Source: the human T2T-CHM13v2.0 reference genome, Homo sapiens. From it: a DNA stretch of 64,000 nucleotides. A program made the translations under genes and the position numbers. Below, in pieces: positions 48,421-64,000 of the stretch; the first letter of the stretch is position 1, and each line of letters begins with the position of its first letter. Location of the stretch: the NCBI RefSeq assembly GCF_009914755.1, contig NC_060928.1; one strand, given 5' to 3'. The notes under the pieces were generated by a model, which saw only the letters and a program-made list of their open reading frames with translations, ran no database searches and was not told where the DNA came from.

Positions 48421-49782
48421 AGGGATCACTTCTCTGAAACTTGAGATAAGGAAAAACATTCTTTAACCACATGTGTTATAAAAGCGGCAATTGGTGCTTA
48501 TAAAGGGGGGATTTAAGATGGCAGAGAAGAACAATGAGAAAATTTGTGTCATTATATGTATCTAGACAAAAGTGAAACAAGATTGAAACTAATGAAGAAT
48601 GAAGATAATGGAGGGTAAATTCCACATAGGAGATATATCATCAAAGAATAATTATTGCATTAGAAGACTGAATTAAAATTTAGATAAAGGAATCACAGAT
48701 CTATTTTCAATTTTCTCACTTGGAAGACAAGGTAAATAGCTCTCCCGGACAATATATAAAATATATCCTATCTTTAAATGGATAAACTTTAGGTTACACC
48801 TGTTGAATTTGAATTGCCTATAAACTGTCTTCATAACATACTGGCAGTGGGAATACAATTTTGAAATTATGAACATAAATGAAGGTAAAATCATTTACAT
48901 AAATATAAATATTAGTTATAGCATTATAAATGGACACGATCCACTTAATTTATATATATATATGTATTTTTTATTCATCAAATATATACATAGCACTGTG
49001 TTCCAGGTAAAGTAATATATGTTAGAGATTCGAATAAAAAAAAAAAGGGACCCCCAACATGGAGTATCTCATCTCTATAGCTAAAATTAAAATAATGTAA
49101 AAATAAAAATACAGTCTAATACATACCAAATAGAAAACCATTATTATTGCATGTACATAGGTAGATTATACACCAGATAAATATTAACATTGGTGCTAAC
49201 TGAGAGATAGGATCCTACATTGGTTTTACTTTAGTGTGTATTCTAAATTAACAATTGTCAAATTTGTAACAAAATAAAGCTATATAATACAGTTATCATT
49301 GAGTTATTTGCTTGTTTGTCGAATACTTTGGGAGGTGCTTAATTTTTTTGTTATTGCCTTTCTTAATTTCCTTTAGTAGGGATTAACAGTAAAGAGATTT
49401 ATTAAACATGAGTCATGAAATAAAACATTAAGAAGTCTGAAGCAAGGACTCTTGGAAATTCCAGGATTTAGAGACGGCAAAAGACATAAAGAGAGTGGAA
49501 TCTGCAAAAGTGACCAACCTTAGATTGTTATTAATCAACTTTCAAAAGAACTTCACTATAGTGCAATTTAGTCTAATAATAGGGTGTTGATGATTAAACT
49601 GAAAATGATAAATAGTTGTAGTACATGTAGATTACCTAGCTTGCTGATAATTAAAATAATTCAAAAGTAGGTAAAATAAGCCAGTAGCTAGAGGAGGATA
49701 TAAATAAATTAAATGTGTATGCAATTATTTTTTATTAAAGTGAACTCTTGAAGCATCTAATTCTCTTAATAAAAGCTATAAC

Positions 49783-50043
49783 AGGCATCATGCCTGTAAT
49801 CCCAGCACTTTGGGAAACTGAAGTGTGAGGATCACTTAAAGCCAGGGGTTTGAGATATAGTGAGAACTGGGCAATATAGTGAGAACCGGTCTCTACTAAA
49901 AAATAACAATAATAATAATAATCAGGTGTGTTGTGCACAGGTTTGAATCCAGGAGATAAAGGTTGCTATGATCTGTGATTGCACCACTGCACTCCAGTCT
50001 AGGTGGCACAACAAGACCCTGTCTCAAAACAAGTGAAAAAAAA
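49783..50043 (+). mobile_element. Degenerate AluJ
   Basis: GGATCACTTAAAGCCAGGGGTTTGAG, GGCAATATAGTGAGA, ATTGCACCACTGCACTCCAG, AGACCCTGTCTC. Confidence 0.85.
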
Positions 50044-53000
50044 TTAATAGACCTACATTTTTGTGAACAGTCATTGTGAAGTATTTAATTATATAAAGTT
50101 AGTTCTAAATTCTTATTGTTATGATTATTGATCCCACTCCTAATATCTCAGGTTACACAATTCAGTTTATAGATCTCTTTATTAATTTTACTTCAATTTC
50201 TCCAAAATTAAAGCATTTATAGTAGACCTTCCTGTTGGAGAGTTGTTCAGTACTTATTCAGAAGGAATTCAAACTGAAGACATTTGGTGAAAAAAGTTAT
50301 TAATTGAGAGATCTATGAGCCTATTTAAGTGAAATTTTTATTTTTCTAAATTTAATTCCCTGGCCATTGATTTTATTAATGAAATATTCAACATTTTCTA
50401 TTATTAAAGCAAGACATAATTTATGCCTTTATGAAAATATTCAAACACTTTTAACAATCAATCAATGGTATAAAATTTGCATTTCTAATCTGTAGCCTTT
50501 CATTCTTTTGGCCTCTCCAGTGAAAAAGTATGAATTATGTCACTGACACTCTGAAACTTATCAGACTAGAAAAGGGCAAGACACCTTCCCTATCTAATAA
50601 ATGATGTGTGTTACACTGACAGTGAGATGAGGTGTCTCTCAACAAATACCTTATGTTTTCTCTGCCCATCTGGGAGTTGACTTAGCAGATAGAAACCTGT
50701 CACAAAGTGTTAGTAAAAGAGCAACATACAGGAAACTCTGAAAAAGAGCACGCTGTTGTATATAAATGTATCAATATTTCATAACGAATATTTTTTCTGT
50801 GTTATTGCAAGGCGATTCAATGCTTCAAAATAATTAGGTACATTCAATAACAGTCAAGATAGCAAGCAAGTGAAATGCAGTGATTTCTTTATCTAGATTA
50901 TTCTATAGTATGTATTTCTCAAAGAAGAAACAAAGAAAATTTATTATTAAAACACTTATGACATCAAATAGAGTTCTATTAAATGCCTTAAATTACGTCA
51001 CAAAAATTTTTCCTTATAATTCTGATTATATCATAAATCATCCTAAATTGTATCACTATCTTTCACAAATGTCTGTAAGGATGTCTTATTAAGAAACACT
51101 TGTGAAGTACACAGTCCAGAAACAGAGGCTTGCTAAAAGACTGAAATCTAATAATAGAACTATAGAAAGCTTTTCCTTCCCCCAACCTTACCACTATATC
51201 AGTAAAAACCTACTTACAACAGTTATTTTTACCACATGCATTACATCCAGCTATCAAGAAAAAATATAAGACATAGCAAAGGTGAAATAAAAATAAAAAC
51301 AAAAGCCCCCACAACTTGAAGAAATAGAGCAAGCATTAAAGTAGACACGTCAGGGAGGTTGAAACTATCAGCTCCAAAATTTAAGACAATTGAAACTAAT
51401 ATTTTAAAGGCTCTAATGAGTAAAGTAGGAAGCATGAAAGAACGCTGGGCAATGTAAACAGAGAGATGTAAACAGAAGATAGGCAATGTAAACAGAGAGA
51501 TGGAAATCCTAAGGAAAAAAAAAAAGAAATGAGAGAGATCAAAGACATTGAAATGAAAATGAATAATTCCTTTGATAGACTTATTAGTAGACCAGATGTG
51601 TCCAGTATGAAGAAAGTATCTTTGAGCTTGAGGATATATCAATAGAAATTTCAGAAACTGAAAAGACAACAAAAAATAGAAAAAAAATAACTAACAGAAT
51701 ATCCAAAGACTCTCAGAACTACAATAGGTGTAACAGAAACATTGGAAATACAAGAAAGAGACTAAAATACAGAAGAAATATTTGAAACAATACTGACTGA
51801 GAATTTTTCCAAATTAATGTCAGACACCAAACCACAGATCCAGGAAGCTATGAGAAAACCAAGCAGGATAAATGCAAAAAAAAAAAAAAAAAAAAAAAGA
51901 AAATACACCTAGGAATATTATTTTCAAATTACAGAAAATCAAAAATAAAAATAAATCCTGAAAGAAGCCCAGGGGCAGGACAGAACATACCCCTTACCTA
52001 TAGAGGAAAACAGATAGGAATTACATCTGACTTGCCCTCAGAAATTATGTGAATTAGAGGAGAATAGAACAAAATATCTAAAGTGTTGAGTGAAAAAGAA
52101 ACAACACCAGTGTAGAATTCTGTGTTGAGTAAAATTATTCTTCACAAGTGAATCTAAAAAGACATTTTAGACAATCAAAAATTGAGGCAATTTGCTGCCA
52201 GTAGATCCACCTTGAAAGAAATGTTAAAATAATTTCAGTAGAGAGAAAAAAAATTATATAGGTTACAAATTCTAATTTACATAAGGAAATGAAGAGAATT
52301 GAAGAAGGAATAAGTGATGTTTAGAATCAATTATTCTTAATCTATCAGATAGTTATTTGTTCAAAATAATAAAAGCAACCATGTATTTGCTTATGTATGC
52401 TAATGTATAAACATATATGCCTATGACAAGTAGAATGAATGTCAGCAAAGATGCAAGATGTAGGAGTAAGGAATTAATGTTTTTTTCTTACTATATGTTA
52501 CCTTCACAATGTTGAAATGGTATGATGCTATTTGAAAGTGGGCTTATATTAGTTGTGAATGTATGTTGCAAACTCTAGAGCAACCACTAAAAAAATTTTA
52601 AAAAACACACAAAACAGTATAGCTAATATCTTAAGAAAGGAGAGAAAATTGAATCATATATAATGCTCAATTAAAGCCACAAAAGTCAGAGAAGAGTGGA
52701 AGTCAAAGAAAAAAAACAAAGAACGAAGACTACAAATGGAAAACAGTAAAAGAAAGCAAATATTAATCCAATTATATCATTAATCATGTTGAACATCAAT
52801 GATCTAAGTACCCCAACTATTTAGATAGAGATTGTCATAGTGGATCAAAAATAATACTCAGCTATATGTTGTCTAAAATAAACCTATTTTAAATACATAG
52901 ACACATATAGATTAATAGTGAACATTTGGAGAAAATATATGATGCTAACAATTGAAAGAAAGTAGGAGTAGCTATATTAATTTCAAGCAGAGCAGACTTC

Positions 53001-53681
53001 AAGCAAGAAAAGTTATCAGAGATAATGAAGGGCATTATATAATAATAAAGAGGTCAATTTCTCAAGAAGAAAACATAATCCCTTACATATATGTGAATAA
53101 CAATAGAGCTTCAAACTGTGTGATGCAAAAACTAGTAAAAATGCAAGGACAAATGGGTGAATGCGGTAACATATTGGGAACCTCACCACCCTTATTTTAG
53201 AAGTGGATATATCAAGCAGGCAAAAAATCAGTAAGGACATATGTTAACAACACCATCAAACCACTGATATCCATATAGATTATTTCAATAAATATGTTAG
53301 ACTACTTTATCCAATAATAGAAGAATACACACTCTTCTCAAGGTCTCACTTGCTCTTCAACAAGATAAACCACATTTTGGGCCATAAAGCAGACAGACTG
53401 TAAACATTAAAAACAATAAATCATACAATATCTGCCCTCACAACAAAATAAAATTAAACTAGAAATTCATTATGAAAAGATAATTGGAAAATACCAAAAT
53501 ACATTGAGATTAAACAAGACACTTCTAAATAATGCATTAAAAAAATTCTCAAGAGAATATTTGAAAATTTTAAAAATAAAAATAAAAGCACACCTTGTAA
53601 ATTTTGTGGGATGTAGTGAAACCGTACTGAGAAGAACATTTACAGCATTGGATACATATATTAGAAAATATGAAAGATCTA

Positions 53682-54567
53682 GGCAATACCATTCAGGACA
53701 TAGGCATGGGCAAGGACTTCATGTCTAAAACACCAAAAGCAATGGCAACAAAAGCCAAAATTGACAAATGGGATCTAATTAAACTAAAGAGCTTCTGCAC
53801 AGCAAAAGAAACTACCATCAGAGTGAACAGGCAACTTACAGAATGGGAGATAATTTTTGCAATCTACCCATCTGACAAAGGGCTAATATCCAGAATCTAC
53901 AAAGAACTTAAACAAATTTACAAGAAAAAAATCAAACAACCCCATCAAAAAGTGGGTGAAGGATGTGAACAGACACTGCTCAAAAGAAGACATTTATGCA
54001 GCCAACAGACACATGAAAAAATGCTCGTCATCACTGGCCATCAGAGAAATGCAAATCAAAACCGCAATGAGATACCATCTCACACCAGTTAGAATGGCAA
54101 TCATTAAAAACTCAGGAAACAACAGGTGCTGGAGAGGATGTGGAGAAATAGGAACACTTTTACACTGTTGGTGGGACTGTAAACTAGTTCAACCATTGTG
54201 GAAGACAGTGTGGAGATTCCTCAAGGATCTAGAACTAGAAATACCATTCGACCCAGCCATCCCATTACTGGGTATATACCCAAAGAATTATAAATCATGC
54301 TGCTATAAAGACACATGCACATGTATGTTTATTGTGGCACTATTTACAATAGCAAAGACTTGGAACCAATCCAAATGTCCATCAATGATAGACTGGATTA
54401 AGAAAATGTGGCACATATACACCATGGAATGCTCTGCAGCCATAAAAAATGATGAGTTCATGTCCTTTGTAGGGACATGGATGAAGCTGGAAACCATCAT
54501 TCTCAGCAAACTATCGCAAGGACGGAAAACCAAACACCGCATGTTTTCATTCATAGGTGGGAACTGA
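53682..54567 (+). pseudogene. L1 ORF2p C-terminal fragment, frameshifted near the A-run at ~53925
   Basis: Two overlapping frames in the ORF track; lacks the EN and RT domains. Confidence 0.9.
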
Positions 54568-54785
54568 ACAATGAGAACACTTGGACACAGGATGGGGAAC
54601 ATCACACACCAGGGACTGTCGTGGGGTGGGGGGAAGGGGGAGGGATAGCATTAGGAGATATAACTAATGTAAATGACGAGTTAATGGGTGCAGCACACCA
54701 ACATGGCACATGTATGCATATGTAACAAACCTGCCCGTTGTGCACATGTACCTTAGAACTTAAAATATAATAATAAAAAATAAAA
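53682..54785 (+). mobile_element. 5'-truncated L1PA (L1PA4/5-like): ORF2 C-terminus plus 3'UTR
   Basis: ORF track 53670-54092 and 53956-54567 give recognisable L1 ORF2p C-terminal peptides ([43 protein letters not shown]), followed by a G-rich 3'UTR and A-rich tail. Confidence 0.95.
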
Positions 54786-55405
54786 GAACATTGGGGCAAA
54801 TCCGATTACTGTTACCAAGGTAACACAAGAAAAGTTCCTCAAACTAGGAAAATCTACTATTTACTGAGGCTTGTTTTCTTTTTTTGTATCTGCACTAGTG
54901 ATTGACCACTGTTTTAGAAATATCATTTCCACCTTATATGTATATTTTTAATATTAAGAATGAGTAAAATAAAACCATATGAATTATAGGGTCAAAAAAA
55001 AAAAGGAATGAAATTCTGACACATGCTACAACATGGTGAAACCTGAAGACATTATGTTAAGTTAAACTAGCCAGACACAGAAAGACAAATATTGTATAAT
55101 TCCTCTTATATGAGATACTTAGAATAGGCAAATTCATACAGACAGAAAGTACAGGAGAGGATACCAGAGGCTGGGGAATGGAGAAATGAGGTGTTATTGG
55201 TTAATGGGTACAGAGTTCTTATTAGGGATGATGAAAAAGTTCTGAAAACAGATAGGGGAGATGATTGTGCAACATTGTAAATATACCTAATGCCACTGAG
55301 TTATAGACTTCAAATGGTTAAAAGGGTAATTTTATGTTATGTATCTTATACAATTAAAAAGCTCAAAAAATAAAGCTTGGGAATTTTTTTTTTAAAAAAA
55401 GAAAA
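54786..55405 (+). other. 3'-transduced flank carried by the L1PA (unique sequence, an L1MB-like 3' end at ~55004-55360, AATAAA and a second A-tail)
   Basis: The 19-bp TSD AGAAAA(T/C)ATGAAAGATCTA at 53663-53681 and 55406-55424 encloses both the L1 and this segment. Confidence 0.85.
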
Positions 55406-56175
55406 AGAAAACATGAAAGATCTAAAATCAATAGCCTAAGCTTCCAACTTAAGGAAATAGAAAAAGGAAGGCAAATTCAATCCAAAATATGTAGAAAATA
55501 AATAAACAATAAGAATTAGAGCAGAAACAGAAACTGAAGTTTAAAATGAGAAATCAATAGAGAAAATCACTGAAAATACAAACTGCTACTTGGAAAGGAT
55601 TTATAAAATTGATTAACATCAAGCCAGGTTAACTCCAAAAAAAATACAAATGACTAATATTGGATCTGAAACATGAGACCGCAACAGATTGTATGAACAT
55701 TAAAAGGATAATAAAATAGTATTCTATGACTCATTCTATGTCCACAAATCTGATAAGAGATAAAATAAATCAATTATTTGAAAGACACAATTTGCCAAAA
55801 CTCACACAAGAAGAAATAGACAATCTGAGCAAGTCTGTAGGTATTAAATAAATTGAATAAATAATTGATAACTTTCCAAAATAGAAAGCACAAGGCACAG
55901 ACAGGATAACTGGTGAATTCTAACAAACATTTAAGGAATAAATTATTCAAATTCTCTACAATCTCTTTTAGAGAATAGAAACAGAGTGAATATATTCTAA
56001 CTCATTCTAGGAGGCCAGCATCATCCTAATACCAAAGTCAGACTAAACAATCTCAAGTAAAGAAACTACAGACCAATATCTCTCAAAAACATAGATATAG
56101 AAATTATAAACAAAATATTAGCATATTAAATCCAACAATATCTAAAAAATTATGCACCACAACCAAGTAGGATTT

Positions 56176-58653
<2,478 letters not shown>

Positions 58654-60960
58654 AGTAGGATTTATCTCAGGTATGCAAGGCCATTTCAGCCTTTGAATAT
58701 CACCTAATGGAACCCATCATACCAACAGTGTAAAAAATAAAATTTACATGATAATAAGAATAGACATAGAAAAAGATTAGCAAAATTTAATACCCACTCA
58801 TGACTAACAACTCTCAGGGAATTAGAAATAGTGGAGAACTTCATCAACTTGATAGAGAATATCTACAAAAACATACAGCTAACATCATACTTAATGATTA
58901 AAAACTGGAGGCTTTCTCACTGAGATCAGAAGTAAGGCAACAATGTATCCTCTCACTGCTCCTTTTCAATATTATATTGGAAGTAGTAACTAATATAATT
59001 ACACAATAAAATATATAAATATTTGGAATAAATTAATAAAATTATATTTGTTCACAGAAGACATGATTGCATATGTACAAAATCTGAAAGAATTGACAAA
59101 AAAGAAACTATCAGAGCTAATAAGCAATTATAGCAATATCGTAAGATACAAGGTAAATGTACAAATGTCTATTGCTTTCCTATATGCCAACAAGGAACAA
59201 GTGGAATGTGAGATTAAAAACACAATACCATTTACATTAGCAACCAAAAAATATTATAAGGTGTACGTCTAACAAGATAGATACAAGAACCATATGAGGA
59301 AAATGAAAGAACTCTGATGAGAAAATCAGAGAAAAATTAATAAATGGAGATATAGTTTATGTTCCTGAACTCCAATCAAAATCTCAGAAAGTCACTGAGT
59401 GAATAGGGACAAACTGATTCTAAAGTTTATAAGGGAAGACAAAAAGACTCAGAATGTCCAAAACAATACTGAAGTACAAAAAAAAAAAAAAAAAAAAAAA
59501 AGACATAGAACTGACACTACCCAATTTCAAGGCTTAATATAAGGCTATGCTAATTAAGCCAGTGTGATACTGGTGAAATAATAGACAAATAGATCAACGG
59601 TACATAATATAGAGCCCAGAAATAGACCCATATAAACACAATCATTACAGCTTTGACAAAAAGACCAAAGGCAAAACAGTATCAGAGGTCACATTTTCAA
59701 CAAATGATGCTGGAATGACTAAATATCTACATGCCAAAGGAATACATGTAGACACAGACCTCACACCCTTCACAAAAATTAACTTAAAATAAATTATAAA
59801 GTTAAATGTACAATACAATGCTGTGAAACTTGTAGAGTAAATGGCATAGGAGAAAATCTAAAACTAATATTTTTAACATGAGATTGAACAATCTAGCTTT
59901 TTGGTATTAAATGAAAGGAGTTCAAAACATATCTACAAAAAAAACTTGCAACCAATATTTATAGTAGCTTTATTTATAATTGCCAAAACATGGAAGTAAC
60001 CAAAATGTCCTTCAATAGGTGAATGGATAAATAAACTGTGATACATCCAGATAATGGAAGAGTAGAAATGTAATTACACATTACTGTGTGAATAAAAGGC
60101 TACATGCTGTATAATTCCATACATATGATATTTTAGAAAAGGAAAAACTGTGGATACAGTAAAAAAGATCAGTGGTTACCAGGGCACTGGGGTTAGGGAT
60201 GAATAGGTAGAGCATTGAAGATATTTTATGCAGTAAAGATGTTCTATATGACCCTATAGTCGTGGATATATATCATTATACATTTGTTCAAATTCATGGC
60301 AAGCACAACACCAACAGTCAAACCTAATGTAAACTATGGACTTTGGGTGATTAGGATGTTTCAATGTAAGCTCAACAATTGTAATATATATACCATTCCT
60401 GTGGGGGATGTTAATAATGGGGGAGGTTATACCTGTGTGAATATATGGGTTATCTCTGTACCTTCCTCTCAATTTTTTTGTGAATCTAAAACTGCTCTAG
60501 AAATAAAAAGTATTTAAGAAATACTAGCTTATTTGGTATTCAGCATGTTCATAGATAAATCTGTACATGTTTCCAGCTTCCTAGAAAATCTACCCTACTA
60601 TAGCAGTAAATTTTGGCCCATTTAAATTTTATGATAATGTTTAGTTGTTTACCTGATGTAAAAGAGGAACCACGTATTTTATGTGATTTAATTTGTTTGA
60701 TATCACTTGTAAAACACTCAAAAGTAATTTAGTAGAAATAAATGTTTGCTTTGGCTTAAGAGAGTATATTGACACTATAATTTCTAAATTCTTTTCAGTT
60801 CTGGAATATGATCTATAGGCTATTTCACGTACATTCTCAACCTCATGCATTGATGCCTTCCAAAAATAAACTAACACTTAATGTCATGATCTCTACAAGA
60901 ATTATTGTATTCTCTCTATATATAATTTTATAAACTGCTTACCTTATATATAAAATTTAA

Positions 60961-61305
<345 letters not shown>

Positions 61306-61964
61306 TGAAAGATTCATTTTTCCACAGAGGCCAAAAGAGACTTTTCTTCTTTACCACATATTATATATTGAAGATGAAAGCTGTCGAAATGGAGAAGCTA
61401 CAGTTATCAAAGTCCATAAGGCAATTATAACTTTAACAAACAAATATAATCCAAATAATTGTAAAATTTAGTGTCTCTCAATCAACAAAACTGCAAAATA
61501 TATCCAGTCAATCACGATAATCCACTTTTCCCAATTGCACTTATTTCCTCAGGTTTGGAACATGCGTAGGTTTTTCATTTATCATAAACATAATATATAG
61601 TAGTTATACATGGGGAACGACTTTTATCCTTGTCTTTAAACATGAACCACTCCATGTCCCTTACTTCATGCTGACCTACTTTTCATTCCAAGAGTATACT
61701 ATGTCAAAAATGACTGATAAAAACTCATTCTAGTTTTAAATAATTTCTCCAAACCTACTGCCTAATCTTAGCTTCTCTAGACCTGTAGAGACATTGTCAT
61801 CAGTAAAGTAAAATTCACATTATGGCTAACAAAAGTGAAGCATCCTAGGCCAGCAAGAATAATAAAGGCCATATCCCCATCTAATTTCCATGTATTTCTC
61901 ATTGAATGGATGTTATATTTATAATAAGAAAATTATTGGTTATATGCAAATAGATGTATTAGAG

Positions 61965-62200
61965 CATAAGGCTATGACACAGATGCTGTGAGTTCACACC
62001 TTTGCTCTGTCATTTATTAATTGTGTGGCCTTAGATAATGTTTTTATCTTCTTTGTGCCTACTATTCCATTTTTAAAAGATGGAAATTATATTAGTGCCT
62101 AACTCATTGAATTATTTCAGACAATAAGTGAGAAACTACAGATTGTTTAGAATATTCTTAAATCCAAAATAAGCATTCAACAAATGCTATTATATAATTT
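61965..62200 (+). mobile_element. MIR SINE
   Basis: GAGTTCA..CTCTGTCATTTATTAATTGTGTGGCCTTAG..TGTGCCT..AGTGCCTAACTCAT..AAGCATTCAACAAATG. Confidence 0.7.
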
Positions 62201-62769
62201 TTATTTTGCTTATTATTATAATTATAGAGTATGATACAGCCGTAACAGGGAGATCTTTATTTGCTCAGATGTAACAAATCTCTAAGTCACAAAAACCACC
62301 TTTACTCTCTTAGATAAGAAAGAACAATTTGTAGGAGGATCCTTGAAAGAATTAAAACTAGTTTTTAATATCTTATTTGTTTTGTTTTTGGTTGGCCTAC
62401 AAGGGCCAGTGTCTCACGAAAATGTGTTTCTGTGGAATGAGAAAAAGTTCATCAGAATCCAATGAAACAAGGAACTCAAATGAAATTGAAGCATGCTTCT
62501 GGAGTTAATTAACAAGTAATAAGGAGAATAGCATCAAAATCTTGGGCTCTGGTTAGGTATTAATAAAATAGTATTGAATGCTTTACTTTCTAAATAGAAT
62601 CTTTTCAAGAAGTTCATATTTTTCTTAATTGAACCTTTTGCTCATTACATGATTTAGTAAGACTCTTGGCTTATTTTGCCTGTTGTTTTCTTTTCTAATT
62701 TTGTGTAGATTATCAGATTATGTCAGCTATGCCAAAAAGAAACAACAAAATGTACTTAGCATTCTTTAT

Positions 62770-63700
62770 TTTTTAAATTTAAAGTATATAAAACTTGTTT
62801 TTAACAGAATTATTAATATATAATACACATACCATCAAATTCACCATTTTAAAATAAAACTAAGTGATTTTTAGTATATTCAGAGTTGTATGGACATCAC
62901 TAAAATATAATTTTAGGAGACTTTGGTAATCACAGAAAAAAACTTTATATCTATTAGCAGTAAATCCTCATTTTCCCCTTCCCCTGGCCTCTGGAAACCA
63001 CTAATCTACTTTCTGTCTTTATGGATGTACTTACTCTAGACACGTAATAAAAATGAAATTGTACGATATGTTATCTTTTATAGCTCACTTCTTTCACTTA
63101 CTGTAATTGTTTTAAGGTTCATCTAAATGGTATAATGCATCAGTACCTCAATCCTTTTTATTGCTGAACAATATTATGTTGAATAGATGAAACACTTTTT
63201 CTTACCTATTCATCATTCCATGGTTATTTGTTTTCTTTCTACTTTTTGACTACTGTGAATAATACTGCTGTGAATATGAATGTACATCTTTTTGTGTGGA
63301 CATAAGTTTTACTTCTTGTTGCTATATAATTAAGAGTTAAATTGCTGAGTCATATGATAACTCTACAGTTAACATTGGGAAAAACTGAAAAATTATTTTT
63401 CATGATGGTGATCTCATTTCCTTTCCTCAACAGCAATTAATGACTGTTCGATTTTCTCAATATTCTTGCCAACATTTGCTACCCTCTATCATTTTTATTA
63501 TTGTCATTTTAGTGTGTGAAATAGTATCTCATTGTAATTTTTATTAACATTCCACTAATGAATAATGATGTTGAGCGTATTTTTCTGTGCTCATTAATCA
63601 TTTGCATAACTTCCTGGAAGAAAATGTATACGTAAAAACTTTGCTAATTTTTAAATTGGGTTATCTACCTCTTAATTGTTGAGTTGTAGTATTTTTTAAA
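62770..63700 (-). mobile_element. L1MB/ME-type 3' end
   Basis: TAATACACATACCATCAAATTCACCATTTT, GAAACCACTAATCTACTTTCTGTCT, GAATAATACTGCTGTGAA, AGTATCTCATTGT. Confidence 0.8.
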
Positions 63701-64000
63701 ATCACAATTTTAATTGATGATGGAAAGCGAAAGTTTGATAGTAACAATGAATTAAGAGATCCAATATAATAATAAAGCAAAATAACTATTATTTACATAT
63801 TCTGGTAAATAAATGTGGACATTAATTAATTTACTCAATAAGTAGTTACAGAGTACCTTCTATTTCCAAAACACTTATCTTAACATTGAGCTTACAGTGG
63901 TGATATGCCTTTTAGGGCTTCCATTGTTGACAAATAAGGATATGAATTAAAAGTATCTATTCTGTTGCTAATACTCACCTAGTAATAAACAACAGCAAAA

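Noticed and set aside
51448-51502. Small tandem duplications inside elements (also ~27746-27800 and ~28786-28826)
   Set aside because: Ordinary 20-35 bp slippage events with no further structure.
53670-54567. Longest ORF (203 aa) and its upstream 140-aa partner as a functional gene
   Set aside because: Frameshifted, 5'-truncated L1 ORF2p C-terminus with no promoter, EN or RT domain.

Overview
This is AT-rich hominid (human-like) non-coding DNA, either intergenic or deep intronic. I found no supportable protein-coding gene, RNA gene or CRISPR array; the recognisable ORFs in the track are L1, Alu or LTR translations and the rest look like chance ORFs. Roughly half the window is retroelement-derived: MaLR and ERV1 LTRs, L2, MIR, several L1 generations and 13 Alu copies or fragments. 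Subfamily names come from recalled consensus motifs, not a database search. The most unusual feature is at 21.0-22.0 kb: an ~780-bp imperfect palindrome of mostly non-repeat DNA whose left arm contains segments copied from nearby loci, one from ~3.85 kb downstream that preserves a pre-Alu empty site. It looks like a multi-step template-switch product. The window also holds several atypical retrotransposition events with readable target-site duplications (TSDs): an L1PA 3' transduction (~600 bp), a 5'-complete but 3'-truncated tail-less L1 (probable internal priming), a twin-primed inverted L1, an internally deleted L1, a young AluYd, a 39-bp Alu remnant and a head-to-head Alu pair 40 bp apart. 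I found no evidence of a new protein-coding system.
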